64,000 nucleotides of DNA from Octopus bimaculoides (Eukaryota), in contig NC_068985.1 in assembly GCF_001194135.2 (NCBI RefSeq), positions 30,728,209 through 30,792,208 of the forward strand, written 5' to 3'. This document shows, piece after piece, positions 25,301 to 37,961 of the stretch (the first letter of the stretch is position 1; the number at the start of each line of letters is the position of its first letter). The notes under the pieces are model-generated. The model was not told the origin of the DNA. It did no database searches and saw only the letters and a list, made by a program, of their open reading frames with translations. The position numbers and the translations under genes were made by a program.

Positions 25301-26025
25301 TGAATAGATGGATGGAAAACTGTAATCTTGGAAACCTGAAATACAATGAGGTGTATTGTAGTAGTTAAAAAAAAGAGCAATTGTAAACTGAAAGTGATAT
25401 GTAAATTCTGTTCAGGGGTCATATTATTAGTTCGTATAGCCAGAACTAATTATTTGCATAGTGGCTACAATCAAGGAATTTCTAGGCCATTTAGAGAACT
25501 CTTACCTGTTGAAAACAATCGACAAATATGTTGATAATGGGTAGAAGAAGTTAACATCAAAAGTTCCAAGTCTTTTGAGGTTTTCATTAATCATGGAAAA
25601 TTTCTCTTTCAATCAGCAAATTAAATCTTCTAAAATCCTAGTTTACAATCTGATTTACAGAAAAGTAATTCAATTCAAATTTTTATGAAGAATTATTTCT
25701 TTCACTTATTTTTTCAATAAAAACAGTTTAATGAAACAAAACAATTGTATTATTACCTCCAATATATATTTATAACAAACCTGGACAATACAATAATAAT
25801 TAATAAAAGGTAATTAACCAGAATTAATATTTCCAAAAGTAGAGGAATATAGAACAATGTAGTTGAAAAATGTATTGTTGGATATCTCTTCCTTTGTTCC
25901 ACATATTTGATCATATTTAACTTTTATCCCATTCCACATAAATTCAGCATTTAAGTATGTTTGTTATTATTTGTTAGTCTATGCATTAATGTGGTATCAT
26001 CTGCAAAGCATCATGTCTATGTATA

Positions 26026-26075
<50 letters not shown>

Positions 26076-26125
26076 AACATAAAATGAACAGATAATAAAG
26101 AAAACTTTTGATCAACAAACAAATT

Positions 26126-26965
26126 GACTACCATCGGTTGAATATTTTTTAATACAAAACTTGCACATTGCTTACAGCCATTTCTGCTACCAATGTCAGT
26201 CGGTGTCACCAGAGAAAATTATGAGAATAATATTTGTCATCTTTATAGCACATACGATCTAGTACATGGAGCTTCATCAGAGCTTCATCAGAGAGAAGAG
26301 GGAAGAGGAAAGAACAGGGCCTCAAGATGAAGAAAGAAGGCTTAATAAATTAGAGTCAGACCATTTTGCAGTGTAAACCTTGAAGTCATTGAGCAAGTGA
26401 ATAAACAAGAAAATAAACTAGACAAATAATTGGTGGGTTAATCTTTCTTCAGGGGTACCAGGATGTATAAATAATAAGTAAACAGAACTAGTAGGGTATG
26501 TTTTTGGATATATGTTAATTAGCTCTGTTTACGAAATCATAAGTACTATTCTTTTTCTAGACTTATTGGCAAATCCTGTGAAATTTAAGTACTAGTTCTA
26601 TTTTCTTATTATTTATACACACTGGTACCCCTGAAGAAAGATTAACCCACCAATCATTTTTCTAGTTTATTTGCTAGTTTTTTCAATTGCTCATCAACTT
26701 CAAGGTTTACACTGCAAAATGGTATGACTCTAATTTATTAAACCTTCTTTCCTCATCTTGAGGCCCTGTTCTTTCCTCTTCCCTCTTCTTTTATTTTATG
26801 CATTTGTATCCATTCTGATGAAGCTCCAGTACTAGATCAGATGTGTTATAAAGATGACGAATATTATTCTCATAATTTTCTCTGGCGGCACCAACTGACA
26901 TTGGCAGCAGAAATAGCTGTAAGCAATGTGTAAGTTTTGTATTATAACCACTACCGATGGTAGTC
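26126..26965. mobile_element. Foldback element, about 840 bp, with about 370-bp inverted arms and a 96-bp spacer
   Basis: 26126-26493 is reverse-complementary to 26590-26965 (GACTACCATCGGT/ACCGATGGTAGTC; AGAACTAGTA/TACTAGTTCT), with scattered mismatches and small indels. Confidence 0.85.
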
Positions 26966-27127
26966 CAAATTCTTTGTCTTTATGCAGCTGAGGACTGCTC
27001 TGCATTTAAATTGATGTAGCGATTGCATTGTTCAATTAAATAGAGTTGCTTGAAACGATCGTACTGCATTACCTCTGGATATCCTTGTTGCTTATTTTGA
27101 TTATATATATATATATATATATATATA

Positions 27128-28172
27128 GGAGAAGTTTCAGGTGTGGAAGCAGGGTCTAGAATTGAAGGGCCTTAGAGTCAACCTAGCTAAAACCAAAATC
27201 CTAATAAGTAGGAAGGTAGATAAAACACAAACCCCTTCAGGTAGATGGCCCTGCTCAGTATGTAGAAAAGGAGTAGGTAGTAACTCTATAAGATGTACCC
27301 GGTGCAAGCTATGGACACATAAGAGGTGCAGCANNNNNNNNNNNNNNNNNNNNNNNNNNNNNNNNNNNNNNNNNNNNNNNNNNNNNNNNNNNNNNNNNNN
27401 NNNNNNNNNNNNNNNNNNNNNNNNNNNNNNNNNNNNNNNNNNNNNNNNNNNNNNNNNNNNNNNNNNNNNNNNNNNNNNNNNNNNNNNNNNNNNNNNNNNN
27501 NNNNNNNNNNNNNNNNNNNNNNNNNNNNNNNNNNNNNNNNNNNNNNNNNNNNNNNNNNNNNNNNNNNNNNNNNNNNNNNNNNNNNNNNNNNNNNNNNNNN
27601 NNNNNNNNNNNNNNNNNNNNNNNNNNNNNNNNNNNNNNNNNNNNNNNNNNNNNNNNNNNNNNNNNNNNNNNNNNNNNNNNNNNNNNNNNNNNNNNNNNNN
27701 NNNNNNNNNNNNNNNNNNNNNNNNNNNNNNNNNNNNNNNNNNNNNNNNNNNNNNNNNNNNNNNNNNNNNNNNNNNNNNNNNNNNNNNNNNNNNNNNNNNN
27801 NNNNNNNNNNNNNNNNNNNNNNNNNNNNNNNNTGAACATTAGAAGCATCAGTTGTGGTGTGCAAGAGAGACGATTGCGCTGGTATGGACATGTGGTGAGA
27901 ATGGATGAGGATAGCTGCGTGAAAAAGTGCCACACCCTAACAGTTGAGGGAACCCGTGGAAGAGGTAGGCCCAGGAAGACCTGGGCTGAGGTGGTGAGGC
28001 AAGACCTTCGTACATTGGGCCTCACCGAGGCGATGACTACTGACCGAGACCTTTGGAAATGTGCTGTGCCAAATTAGATTGGAGCCTGGTGTTGCCATCC
28101 GGTTTCACCAGTCCTCAGTCAAATCGTCCAACCCATGCTAGCATGGAAAGCGGACGTTAAACGACGATGATG
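27128..28172 (+). mobile_element. RTE-clade LINE 3' part with a PHD-like finger, gap inside, (GAT)n tail
   Basis: WKQGLELKGLRVNLAKTK; CSVC...CTRC..WTHKRC; QERRLRWYGHVVRM...GRGRPRKTW. Confidence 0.9.
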
Positions 28173-28273
28173 TATGTATGTATGTATGTATGTATGTATG
28201 TATGTATGTATACATTTACTCTTATTTGTAACTGGTGTTGAGTATTAAATTTAAAAGTTCAACATAGATAACA

Positions 28274-28307
<34 letters not shown>

Positions 28308-28468
28308 AGGTTAGTTACTAGAAAATGCTTAAATGTTTTTTTTTTGTGTTACCTATGAAAGAGCCATAAACATTAGCCTTACAAAAAGCCATAGCTTTAA
28401 ACCATCTTAAGAGTTTTAAAACTTAACTATATTTTTCTGTTTTACAGCTTTCTTTCTGAGTGAGAAAT

Positions 28469-28591
28469 ATGGCTGATGAACAAAATCAAAATGCAGATCA
28501 AAAGCCGCGAAGACGAAAGAAGGCTAAGAAGCAAAGAATTATATCTTCCACCGGAACCACCATCTTTATGATAATAAATGTTTTCCTGGTT
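28469..28591 (+). CDS. Tetraspanin coding exon 1 (N-terminal tail and start of TM1): MADEQNQNADQKPRRRKKAKKQRIISSTGTTIFMIINVFLV
   Basis: Acceptor ttttacAG at 28446-47, in-frame TGA at 28457-59 upstream of ATG 28469, 41 codons, donor GTAAGT at 28592 (phase 0). Joins in frame to the 30506 exon to form a hydrophobic TM1. Confidence 0.85.
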
Positions 28592-28659
28592 GTAAGTAAT
28601 AGTAAAACCTTTGAAAGAGATTTCAGACATCTTATGTTTCAGTTTTTAGATCACTTTAG

Positions 28660-28720
28660 ATTGTTGCAGTTGTTGTTGTCAATTGTGGTGGTGGTGGTGG
28701 TGGTTGGTGGTGGTTGTTTT

Positions 28721-28754
<34 letters not shown>

Positions 28755-28845
28755 TGGTGGTGGTGGTGGTGCTGCTGCTGCTGCTGCTGCTGCTTGTGGT
28801 GCTGGTGGTTATAATGATTATGATGATAAAGATGATAATGATGAC
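28660..28845. repeat. Compound (GTT)/(GGT)/(GCT)/(GAT) trinucleotide repeat in intron 1
   Basis: Direct reading; source of the poly-V/L tail of ORF 28460-28915. Confidence 0.9.
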
Positions 28846-30505
28846 AAGCCTCAGATCAACCCTGTATGAGCAAATCAAAAGCTATGGTCAAAGATGTTTG
28901 ACCATGAACAGTTGAAAGGCAAAGCCGACCTCAGCGGAATTTGAGCTCAGAACATTAAAAAAAACAAGAGGAAATGACACTAAGTATTTTGCCAGATGCG
29001 CTTACGATTCCATCAGCTCATCACCATGGTGTACACCACTAATAAATAAGCACAGGGGAATTGTAACTGTCACGTTCTAACCAAATCTACTTCACTGCCA
29101 AAGAAATCTTATGGCACACATGAATAGAATTGATAATGAAGATAATACATGTCCAGACTGTTATATTGTACCACATACTATTTATTTGTGTGTTGGAGCA
29201 TGCAAGAGGCATGATATAACTAAAACAAGAGACCTTGAACAACATAGCAACAATTTTATGTCAAAAATATATATTTCATTTTAAGAAACACAAGCTATTT
29301 ATAATGATGTATTTGTAAACTAGGCGCACACTTCAGTCAGCAAACAGGCAGTTATTAGAACATGAAACTGAACGCTTGCAGTATTTGTTAACTCTTTGCA
29401 TTCTGAATTCAAATCATGTTTCGGTAACCAACTTTACCTTTCATCATTCCAGGAACAATAAACTGCTAGTCAATTACTGGGGTTGATTCTCTTCTCTCTC
29501 TGGTGAATGATGAAAAAAAAGCAAAACATATGTTTGTTTGTTTGTTTTTCTCTCTTTTAGAAAAGTACAAATGCAATGAAAGGCACAGAAGATGTGCAAT
29601 AAAGGTTTGGCAGCTGAAAGAGATAAACAGAAATTGTCTAGATAAATGGATCCTAGTCATGTCTGCTTGAATAGACTTATAACAGCCAGTCAAAGAATTG
29701 TCACATTGGTAGTCTAGCAATGGACATTTTATATCTATTTTTTTAATCTTAATATTTAAAGCAACATTGTATAATTTATATTGGGATGAAATGGTTAAAA
29801 AGAAGAGATACTGTGGTTGAGAACAGAGGTAAGTTGCTAGGAATCAAAGTACAGGAGTGAAAATAGAGGTGTATTAAATTACAAATAAAATCATATATAT
29901 GTTGGTTTAAATATTTTGACTTAGAATATAATGACTATAAAACTTTGCTAACTTTAAAAACTATTTTAAAACTAAAGAGACACGTTTCTTTCCAACAGCT
30001 CATAGAAATTTTCTATGTCCAATGTATGATTTTTTAAGACAATAAAGTGTAAATGGAGAGAAATGTGGTTGTTAATTTAATCAGGTTAAGTGACTACATA
30101 GAACAGGGACAGAGAGACGTTCAATATTGGGGAGAATTGCAAGTATATAAGTACCTGAGTAGCTGCATGTAGGCTGAGAAAAAATAATGAATCTTTAATT
30201 TTACAAATTCATAGGTATGTGACATATTAAATTACAGCTTGGATGTTGAGTTTTTTTTTGTTTTTGTTTTTTTTTGCACATGGTGTTTTAGAGAACTTCT
30301 TCATTGGACAATTTCAAATTTTAATGTGAATGTGGAATTCCCCTTATCCTAGAAACAGAAGTTCCCTCATTAGCTTTAATATATTCTTATTATCAATGTC
30401 TTCAGCATGTTTGCAGAAACAATTTGACTTTCAGAATGTTGATAGTAATATAATATTGTTCGATAAATACTTTTCCCTGACAGAATTTCATTTCCATAAT
30501 TACAG

Positions 30506-30760
30506 ATAATTGGTGGTACATTGATCCTGGGTGGAATCATTGTCAAATATGGCTCAGCCAAAATGGAAGTACAGTTACAACCACTTTACAAAACAATGGC
30601 AGAGGCAATATCTGAAGCAGACATGCCAGATTTTGGCAGATATGTTGATATCACACATAAGGTGGCATTGGGATTCATTGTAACTGGAGCATGTCTTCTC
30701 TTCATTGCACTGATAGGTTGTTGTGGTGGTTGTTGCCAAAATAGGTCATTACTCATTCTG
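30506..30760 (+). CDS. Tetraspanin coding exon 2 (TM1 end, small extracellular loop, TM2, GCCGGCC loop)
   Basis: tacAG acceptor at 30504-05, 255 nt, GTGAGT donor at 30761. IIGGTLILGGIIVKY...GFIVTGACLLFIALIGCCGGCCQNRSLLIL matches the tetraspanin TM2/GCCG signature. Confidence 0.92.
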
Positions 30761-31294
30761 GTGAGTATACTGTTTTATTTTATTCTATGTTCTTAATGCA
30801 TGTATGTGGGGGTGTATCTTGGTTATACTTTTTTATGTGAAGTTTTGTAACTCTTATATTGTTGTCATACCAAATATGTTAACTTACAAATATGATTCTA
30901 TTTCTTATAAATTAGGAGAAGGTGAGTATAGGGTCAATACCTATCATGTTTCAGCTTTATTAGATCTCCTCAGAAAAGCATGGCAAGTTTTATATAATCC
31001 CACCTTATCATAGCTCCTTTTTATTTTTACATTTCCATTCCTTATAGAAGTAATTATTTCACTTGTCCAGGGTGGTTTTAACTGTGTTGGTCATGGATGC
31101 AACACAGTACCAGTGTTAATACAAGAACCTTCATTCCTTCTACCAATAGGTCAGAATTCTACCACCTCAACTCTTTACCAATCTTTATTTCTTACAAAAT
31201 CTGAAATAAAATTTTAAAATCTAAAAATATATATTATATTCATTAAATATCGATCTTCTTTATTTGATTTTTCTTATATTCATTTAACTTGCAG

Positions 31295-31369
31295 TATGGA
31301 TTTTTGTTAACATGTGTGATGGTCACAGAAACTGGTTTTGTTATATTGCTGTTTTCGGCTAAGAAAGAA
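31295..31369 (+). CDS. Tetraspanin coding exon 3 (TM3): YGFLLTCVMVTETGFVILLFSAKKE
   Basis: ttgcAG acceptor, 75 nt phase 0-0, GTGAGT donor at 31370. Hydrophobic helix with the polar Glu typical of tetraspanin TM3. Not in the ORF track. Confidence 0.88.
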
Positions 31370-31439
31370 GTGAGTAACATCTTTTAATAACTCCTGTATT
31401 CTTATCTTTTCTTATCTTATTTTTTCCCTTTTGAATTTT

Positions 31440-31676
31440 TAAAGGTAAAGTTACCTTCTCAAGTCATTCTGACTCACAAGGGCCAGTTTCCCAGTTTCAT
31501 GGCATATATATTCCACAGCTGGATGGGACACTCATTTTTGCCAGCTGAGTGGACTGGGGCAACATGAAATAAAATATTTTGCTCGAGAACACAATGCACC
31601 GCCCAGTCCTGGAATCAAAACCACAATCTCATGATCACAAGTCCAATACCCTAGCCACTAAGCCATGCACCTCCAT
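31440..31676 (-). mobile_element. tRNA-derived SINE (third family)
   Basis: Reverse complement of the 52763 copy (CCACTCAGCTGGCAAAA; TTGAGCAA...TTTATTTCA). Confidence 0.7.
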
Positions 31677-31787
31677 GATCAACAGAGGGGTTTGAGGTGT
31701 TGTGGTACAGGCACTTATTTTATCCTGTTTGGAATTCAGACTATAAAGTAATTGTCAATGCACTAATAGTTCTAATGATACAAAGAC

Positions 31788-31954
31788 AGGTATGGCTGTG
31801 TGGTAAGAAGCTTGCTTTCCAACCACATGGTTCTGGGTTCAGTCCCACTGCATGGCACACTGGGCAAGTGTCTTCTAATAATATAGCCTCAGGCCAACCA
31901 AAGCCTTGTGAGTGGATATGGTAGACAAACTGAATGAAGCTTGTCATGTATATA

Positions 31955-32011
<57 letters not shown>

Positions 32012-32272
32012 CTATATATATGTATATGTATGTATGTATGTATGTGTGTGTGCCTTTGTGTCTGTGTTTGTCCCTCCATCACTGCTTGACAATCAGTGTT
32101 GATATGTTTACATCTCTATAACTTAGCAGTTCAAAAAAAAAAGACTAATAGAATAAGTACTAGGCTTTAAAAAAATAAGCCCTGGAGTCAATTTGTTCAA
32201 CTAAAACCCTTCAAAACGGTGCTCCAGCATGGCCTCAGTCAAATGACTGAAACGAATAAAAGAATAAAAGAA
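31788..32272 (+). mobile_element. tRNA-derived SINE, same family as 1511-1957
   Basis: Shared head, internal microsatellite and TAAAAGAA tail. Confidence 0.85.
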
Positions 32273-32311
32273 TCTCCAACGACCAAACCACAAACAGTAG
32301 CCCATAATTAA

Positions 32312-32531
32312 CCTTTTAGCATTCAGATTAACCTGTCAAATATAATGCTTATTTATTTACATTGTTTTGAATTAATTATGCATTATATCATTGCTTTAAG
32401 ATTTTAATGATGTGATTGTCTAATTTTAGAATGACATTGTAAGGTAGGTGTAAAAGGCTAGATCTTGTTGATTTGAACATACAATAGATAGAATATTTGG
32501 GCTGGATGTAGCTGGTTTAAATGCTAAATGA
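32312..32531 (+). mobile_element. TTAA-flanked MITE (piggyBac-like termini)
   Basis: TTAA-CCTTTTAGCATT ... AATGCTAAATGA-TTAA; opposite-orientation copy at 37758-37954. Confidence 0.65.
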
Positions 32532-33193
32532 TTAAACATACAAAACACTGCTCACGCTTACTCATGATCAATGAAATGATTGCAGACAACCTTTGGTTAA
32601 AAGTACACACTAATACAAACACATAAATACATATGGAAATTCATTAACAATTATCTAAGCATAAATAAATGATGCACCAGATCCCATGAAATGCTAAATA
32701 GACATACTAAATAAATGAAAGAAAAAACATTTTGAAACACTTTATTTTTTACCTTAATGAAATTCAACCTTACACTCACACACACACAAACACACACTCA
32801 AACGCACACACTCACACTCACACTCATACTCACAAACATGCAGACACACAAACACACACATACATGGGCATACACACATATACAAACACAACAGGTGCAC
32901 ATACAAAGAAACATTTTAACAAAGCCTCTGACAATTTTCTGCAACAAAAAAAAAGAGGGAAAAAACTGCCAATCAAGAGACATAAAAATAGTAGCCAATC
33001 AACATACACAAAAGTGAATCAATCAAAAAGTAACCACACCCACTCCAGTGAAAATAAATTAACAGCTACATTGAATTGTAACAGTTCTTAACAGAGGATA
33101 GCAGTCATATGAAATTTGTGATATAAGATAGATAAATATTCAGTTTAAATAAACTATATTTATATATGTATATCTATCTCTCTGTCTATCAAT

Positions 33194-33241
<48 letters not shown>

Positions 33242-34200
33242 ACATGCACTCAAGGCAAATGGTGACTGATTTTTGGCATTTCATGAATGGCCTGCCTTAC
33301 TAAACTGTCCAGTCTGATGAGACTGCCTACCAGCAGAACTTCAAAGTCACTTTCACCAATTTTCCTTGAGAAAATACATCTCACACACTCTCTCTTCTAG
33401 AATGCTTCTTCAGTCAAAGTTTTGGTTGTCTATATATATATATATATTTATACATAAAATACACACATCAATATATCATACATTTTTATGTGCCTCTGTG
33501 TACATATATGTGTATGTACTGTAATATAAGTTTGCACATTGTCTAATACAGAAGTCAGTACATTGGGAAGGGTGGATAGATATGTTTATTAAATCAGAAG
33601 TTGACAGTCTGCTTTGAGTTTTACTTTGGACTGGAGTGTTCATGACTGTGGTGGAATAAACCTTTTAATACCTACTTACCTGAGGCTATCCTTCATTTTA
33701 TGATACAAACTTCTTGTTTAAAGTGACTTGAACTAAAATCTATCAAAATTTTAAGTTAATTTTGTTCCAAGCACCAGATTAAAAATGACATGGTCATTTT
33801 ACTAAGTTGTTCCTTACTTTTAAAATCAGTTGAATCAAAGGCAATGTATTTCAACAGAAATATGGTAATGAAAGAGTTGAATGGTTTGCAGTTTAGATAA
33901 GGATAAGTTGACCTTAAATGTCTCTATGCAAGTAGGTTGATAAGTTTCTATGAAAATTAATATGAAGAAGTAGGATATGTATTGGTTCAGACAATCTTGT
34001 TCTCTTCTAATGTTTTGCATTATCTTGGGACTTAACTGAGATTTTTGGTAGAAGGTTAAATTATTGAGAACAACCACTGTTCTGATTCAAATAACAGGAC
34101 TTTGAATATTTCATTGAAACTTGGTGTTTTTGATACAGGTGTTTGCTTCCTTTTTTCTTAAATAACCAAAATTTTCCTATTCAAAATTATTTTCTTTTAG

Positions 34201-34308
34201 ATGAAAGACTCTATGAAAGAACCAATGATTACCAATCTGAAAAACATGTATGCTGGTCCTGAAAAAGAAGATGTAACTTCATATGGTTGGAATTTTGTTA
34301 TGTCTACG
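34201..34308 (+). CDS. Tetraspanin coding exon 4 (large extracellular loop helices A/B): MKDSMKEPMITNLKNMYAGPEKEDVTSYGWNFVMST
   Basis: Strong ttttcttttAG acceptor ending 34200, 108 nt, GTATGC donor at 34309. W-x-x-V/M pattern immediately precedes the CCG exon. Confidence 0.87.
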
Positions 34309-34657
34309 GTATGCACCACAATATATTAAAGAAATCATTTTTATCTACCGAATATGTAATTTCAAGTAAATCACCTTCTCATAAAAAAGTTGGGACATCC
34401 AGTTTTAATATTGTCTTTTTTAAGGATAAAGCAAAGAGTTGGCAGAACTGTAAGCACACCAGGCAAAACGCTTAGCAACATTTTGTCTGTCTTTAAGTTC
34501 TGAGTTCAAATTCTGCTGAGGTCAACTTTGCCTTTCATCCTTTCAGGGTCAATAAATTAAGTACCAGAGAAACACTGAGGTCAATGTAATCAACTTATCT
34601 CCTCCTCTGAAATTACTGGCTTTGCATCAAAATTTGAAATCAATGTTGTTTCTTAAG

Positions 34658-34813
34658 ACACAGCTGTGTGGTTAAGAAGTCTGCTTTACAGCTATAAGGT
34701 TTCAGGTTCAATCCACATGTACAACACTTTGGGCAAATGTCTTTTATTATAGCCTTAACTTGACCAATAACTTGTGAGTAAATTCAGTAGACAGAAACTA
34801 TGTGGATGTTTAT

Positions 34814-34847
<34 letters not shown>

Positions 34848-35067
34848 CATGTATGGGTATGTTTTGTGCTTGTCCTCACAATACTTGACAGCTAGTGTTG
34901 GTTTGTTTATGCTCTTGTAACTTGGTGGTTCAATAAAGAGATCATTAGAATAAGTACCAGACTTATAAGTACTGGAATCAATTTGGTCAACTGAACCCTT
35001 CAAAGTACTGCCCCAGCATGATCATAGTTTCATAACTGAAACAAGTAAAAAAATAAAAGAATAAAAG
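34658..35067 (+). mobile_element. tRNA-derived SINE, same family as 1511-1957
   Basis: Diverged head, body and tail. Confidence 0.75.
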
Positions 35068-35635
35068 CAATGGAAATGGGTGTGGCAGAAAAGTGAGACA
35101 GTCAATACTAGATCAGATATATTTCAGTTCCACACTATTTTCATATCAAATCCTGCCAGGGTCTTCTATGTCATTTATTTTCTTCTTTTGATAAACCAAG
35201 TAACAATACTGCTATACTAGAGTTGATTCAATTTCTTACAATTAAAAATGTGTTTGTTTTTATATTTAATCATAGAACAAATTCATATTGTATTTAGCTT
35301 GGGCATGAAATCTGAGACTTTTTAGTGTAAAAGATTAAGAAGATGTGACATTCACACTTTCCCATAGATTGTTAGTGAGGTAAATGAAATAAAAACTATA
35401 ATTGAAATTGATGTTATAAATTATCATCACCAACACAATTATCGTTTAACATCCACTTTTCTATGCTTGCATGGATCAGACAGAACTTGTTGAGGCAGAT
35501 TTTCTATAGCAGGATGCCCTTCTTGTTGCCAACCCTCACGTATTTCTAAGGATATGTATTTTCAGAAATGATGCTAAATAAGAATTTATGTGTAATATCA
35601 TCTTTAAAATCTTGTTTGCATATATTTTCTTGCAG

Positions 35636-35848
35636 TTCCAGTGTTGTGGGATCAATAACTACACAGAATTTCATTATGCCAAAAAATGGGACCGGAGAAC
35701 TAAAATTAGGGGCATGCAATACTTGAAAATAATTCCTGATACCTGCTGTTCTCGCAGGGTTGATATTTTAAGTGAAAAACAGTTCAAAGAAATGACTGAC
35801 ACAAACTGTACTATTAATCCGACTCTTACAAATTCATATATTGGAAAG
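35636..35848 (+). CDS. Tetraspanin coding exon 5 (large loop with CCG and PxxCC motifs)
   Basis: ttcttgcAG acceptor, 213 nt, GTAAAT donor at 35849. FQCCGINNYTEF...IPDTCCS...TNCTINPT; N-glycosylation sequons NYT and NCT. Confidence 0.95.
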
Positions 35849-36023
35849 GTAAATTTTATCTGTTATCTTGTAGCTTTTAGAGCCATTTATTTGTTGTTAT
35901 AATGTAGATGTGGTTTCAGATTTATTGCACAGTGTGGCACCTTGGGCAATTATCTCCCACTATAGCCCTGGGTTGACTAATGTCTTATGTGTGAATTACA
36001 TAGACAGAAACTATGTGGAAGCT

Positions 36024-36117
<94 letters not shown>

Positions 36118-37757
36118 NNNNNNNNNNNNNNNNNNNNNNNNNNNNNNNNNNNNNNNNNNNNNNNNNNNNNNNNNNNNNNNNNNNNNNNNNNNNNNNNNNN
36201 NNNNNNNNNNNNNNNNNNNNNNNNNNNNNNNNNNNNNNNNNNNNNNNNNNNNNNNNNNNNNNNNNNNNNNNNNNNNNNNNNNNNNNNNNNNNNNNNNNNN
36301 NNNNNNNNNNNNNNNNNNNNNNNNNNNNNNNNNNNNNNNNNNNNNNNNNNNNNNNNNNNNNNNNNNNNNNNNNNNNNNNNNNNNNNNNNNNNNNNNNNNN
36401 NNNNNNNNNNNNNNNNNNNNNNNNNNNNNNNNNNNNNNNNNNNNNNNNNNNNNNNNNNNNNNNNNNNNNNNNNNNNNNNNNNNNNNNNNNNNNNNNNNNN
36501 NNNNNNNNNNNNNNNNNNNNNNNNNNNNNNNNNNNNNNNNNNNNNNNNNNNNNNNNNNNNNNNNNNNNNNNNNNNNNNNNNNNNNNNNNNNNNNNNNNNN
36601 NNNNNNNNNNNNNNNNNNNNNNNNNNNNNNNNNNNNNNNNNNNNNNNNNNNNNNNNNNNNNNNNNNNNNNNNNNNNNNNNNNNNNNNNNNNNNNNNNNNN
36701 NNNNNNNNNNNNNNNNNNNNNNNNNNNNNNNNNNNNNNNNNNNNNNNNNNNNNNNNNNNNNNNNNNNNNNNNNNNNNNNNNNNNNNNNNNNNNNNNNNNN
36801 NNNNNNNNNNNNNNNNNNNNNNNNNNNNNNNNNNNNNNNNNNNNNNNNNNNNNNNNNNNNNNNNNNNNNNNNNNNNNNNNNNNNNNNNNNNNNNNNNNNN
36901 NNNNNNNNNNNNNNNNNNNNNNNNNNNNNNNNNNNNNNNNNNNNNNNNNNNNNNNNNNNNNNNNNNNNNNNNNNNNNNNNNNNNNNNNNNNNNNNNNNNN
37001 NNNNNNNNNNNNNNNNNNNNNNNNNNNNNNNNNNNNNNNNNNNNNNNNNNNNNNNNNNNNNNNNNNNNNNNNNNNNNNNNNNNNNNNNNNNNNNNNNNNN
37101 NNTGTATGTATGTATATACATAATATACATATATATATATAAGTATATACATATATCTTATCTATAAAAGGTAGATTTTCTCTGTGTGTGTGTGTGTGTG
37201 TTTAAAATTGTCATTATATTTGTGTTGGTTTGTCCACCAACATCCCCATAACTCAGCAGTTCAGCAAAAGAGACTGATGGAATAGGAACCAGACTTAAAA
37301 TAAAAAATACAGGAATCAATTCTTTCGACTAAGCTCTTCAAGGCAGTGCCCCAGCATGGTCACAGTCCAATGACTGAAACAAGAAAAATATAAAAGGTAA
37401 GGTATTTTCTCTCTGAAGCATGACAAGTAGAGTGCTGGACTATGTAAATTTTAGTATTTCATTCTATCCCTTTACAATCTGATCACACATCTTTCTTGGG
37501 TTGATCTAACCTTCTATCATTCTAACATCAGCAAAATGTACTGTAGATGATGCTACAATTGACAGTTTCTTACACCAATTCTGATTCATGACTTTGCGCC
37601 AAGGTGAGACATTATTATAAAATATATTACACAACATGCCTGGTCAAGAAATAATTTTCCATCAAAATATAGTAATGCCAGAAATAGATTTATTATTAAT
37701 TTATTAGCTATCTTTAATTTATTACAACTTACCATATGTATACTAATAGTATTTTAA

Positions 37758-37954
37758 CCCTTAAGCATTTAAATCAGCCATATCCAGCCCAAATATTCTA
37801 CTTGTTTTAAGTTCAAACTGGCCAGATCTAGCCTCTCATACCTACCCTACAATGCTATTTTAAAAATAAATAATGATATCATCATAATCTTGAAGCTTCA
37901 AGATAATGCATGATTAATTTCAAATAATAAGACAGAATAATCTGAATGCTAGGA
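37758..37954 (-). mobile_element. TTAA-flanked MITE, inverted relative to 32312-32531
   Basis: CAGCCCAAATATTCTA, CCAGATCTAGCC and CCTACCCTACAATG are reverse complements of motifs in the first copy. Confidence 0.65.
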
Positions 37955-37961
37955 TTATAGC

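Noticed and set aside
28592-28915. Poly-V/poly-L hydrophobic tail of ORF 28460-28915
   Set aside because: It lies after the GTAAGT donor at 28592 and is an intronic trinucleotide repeat.
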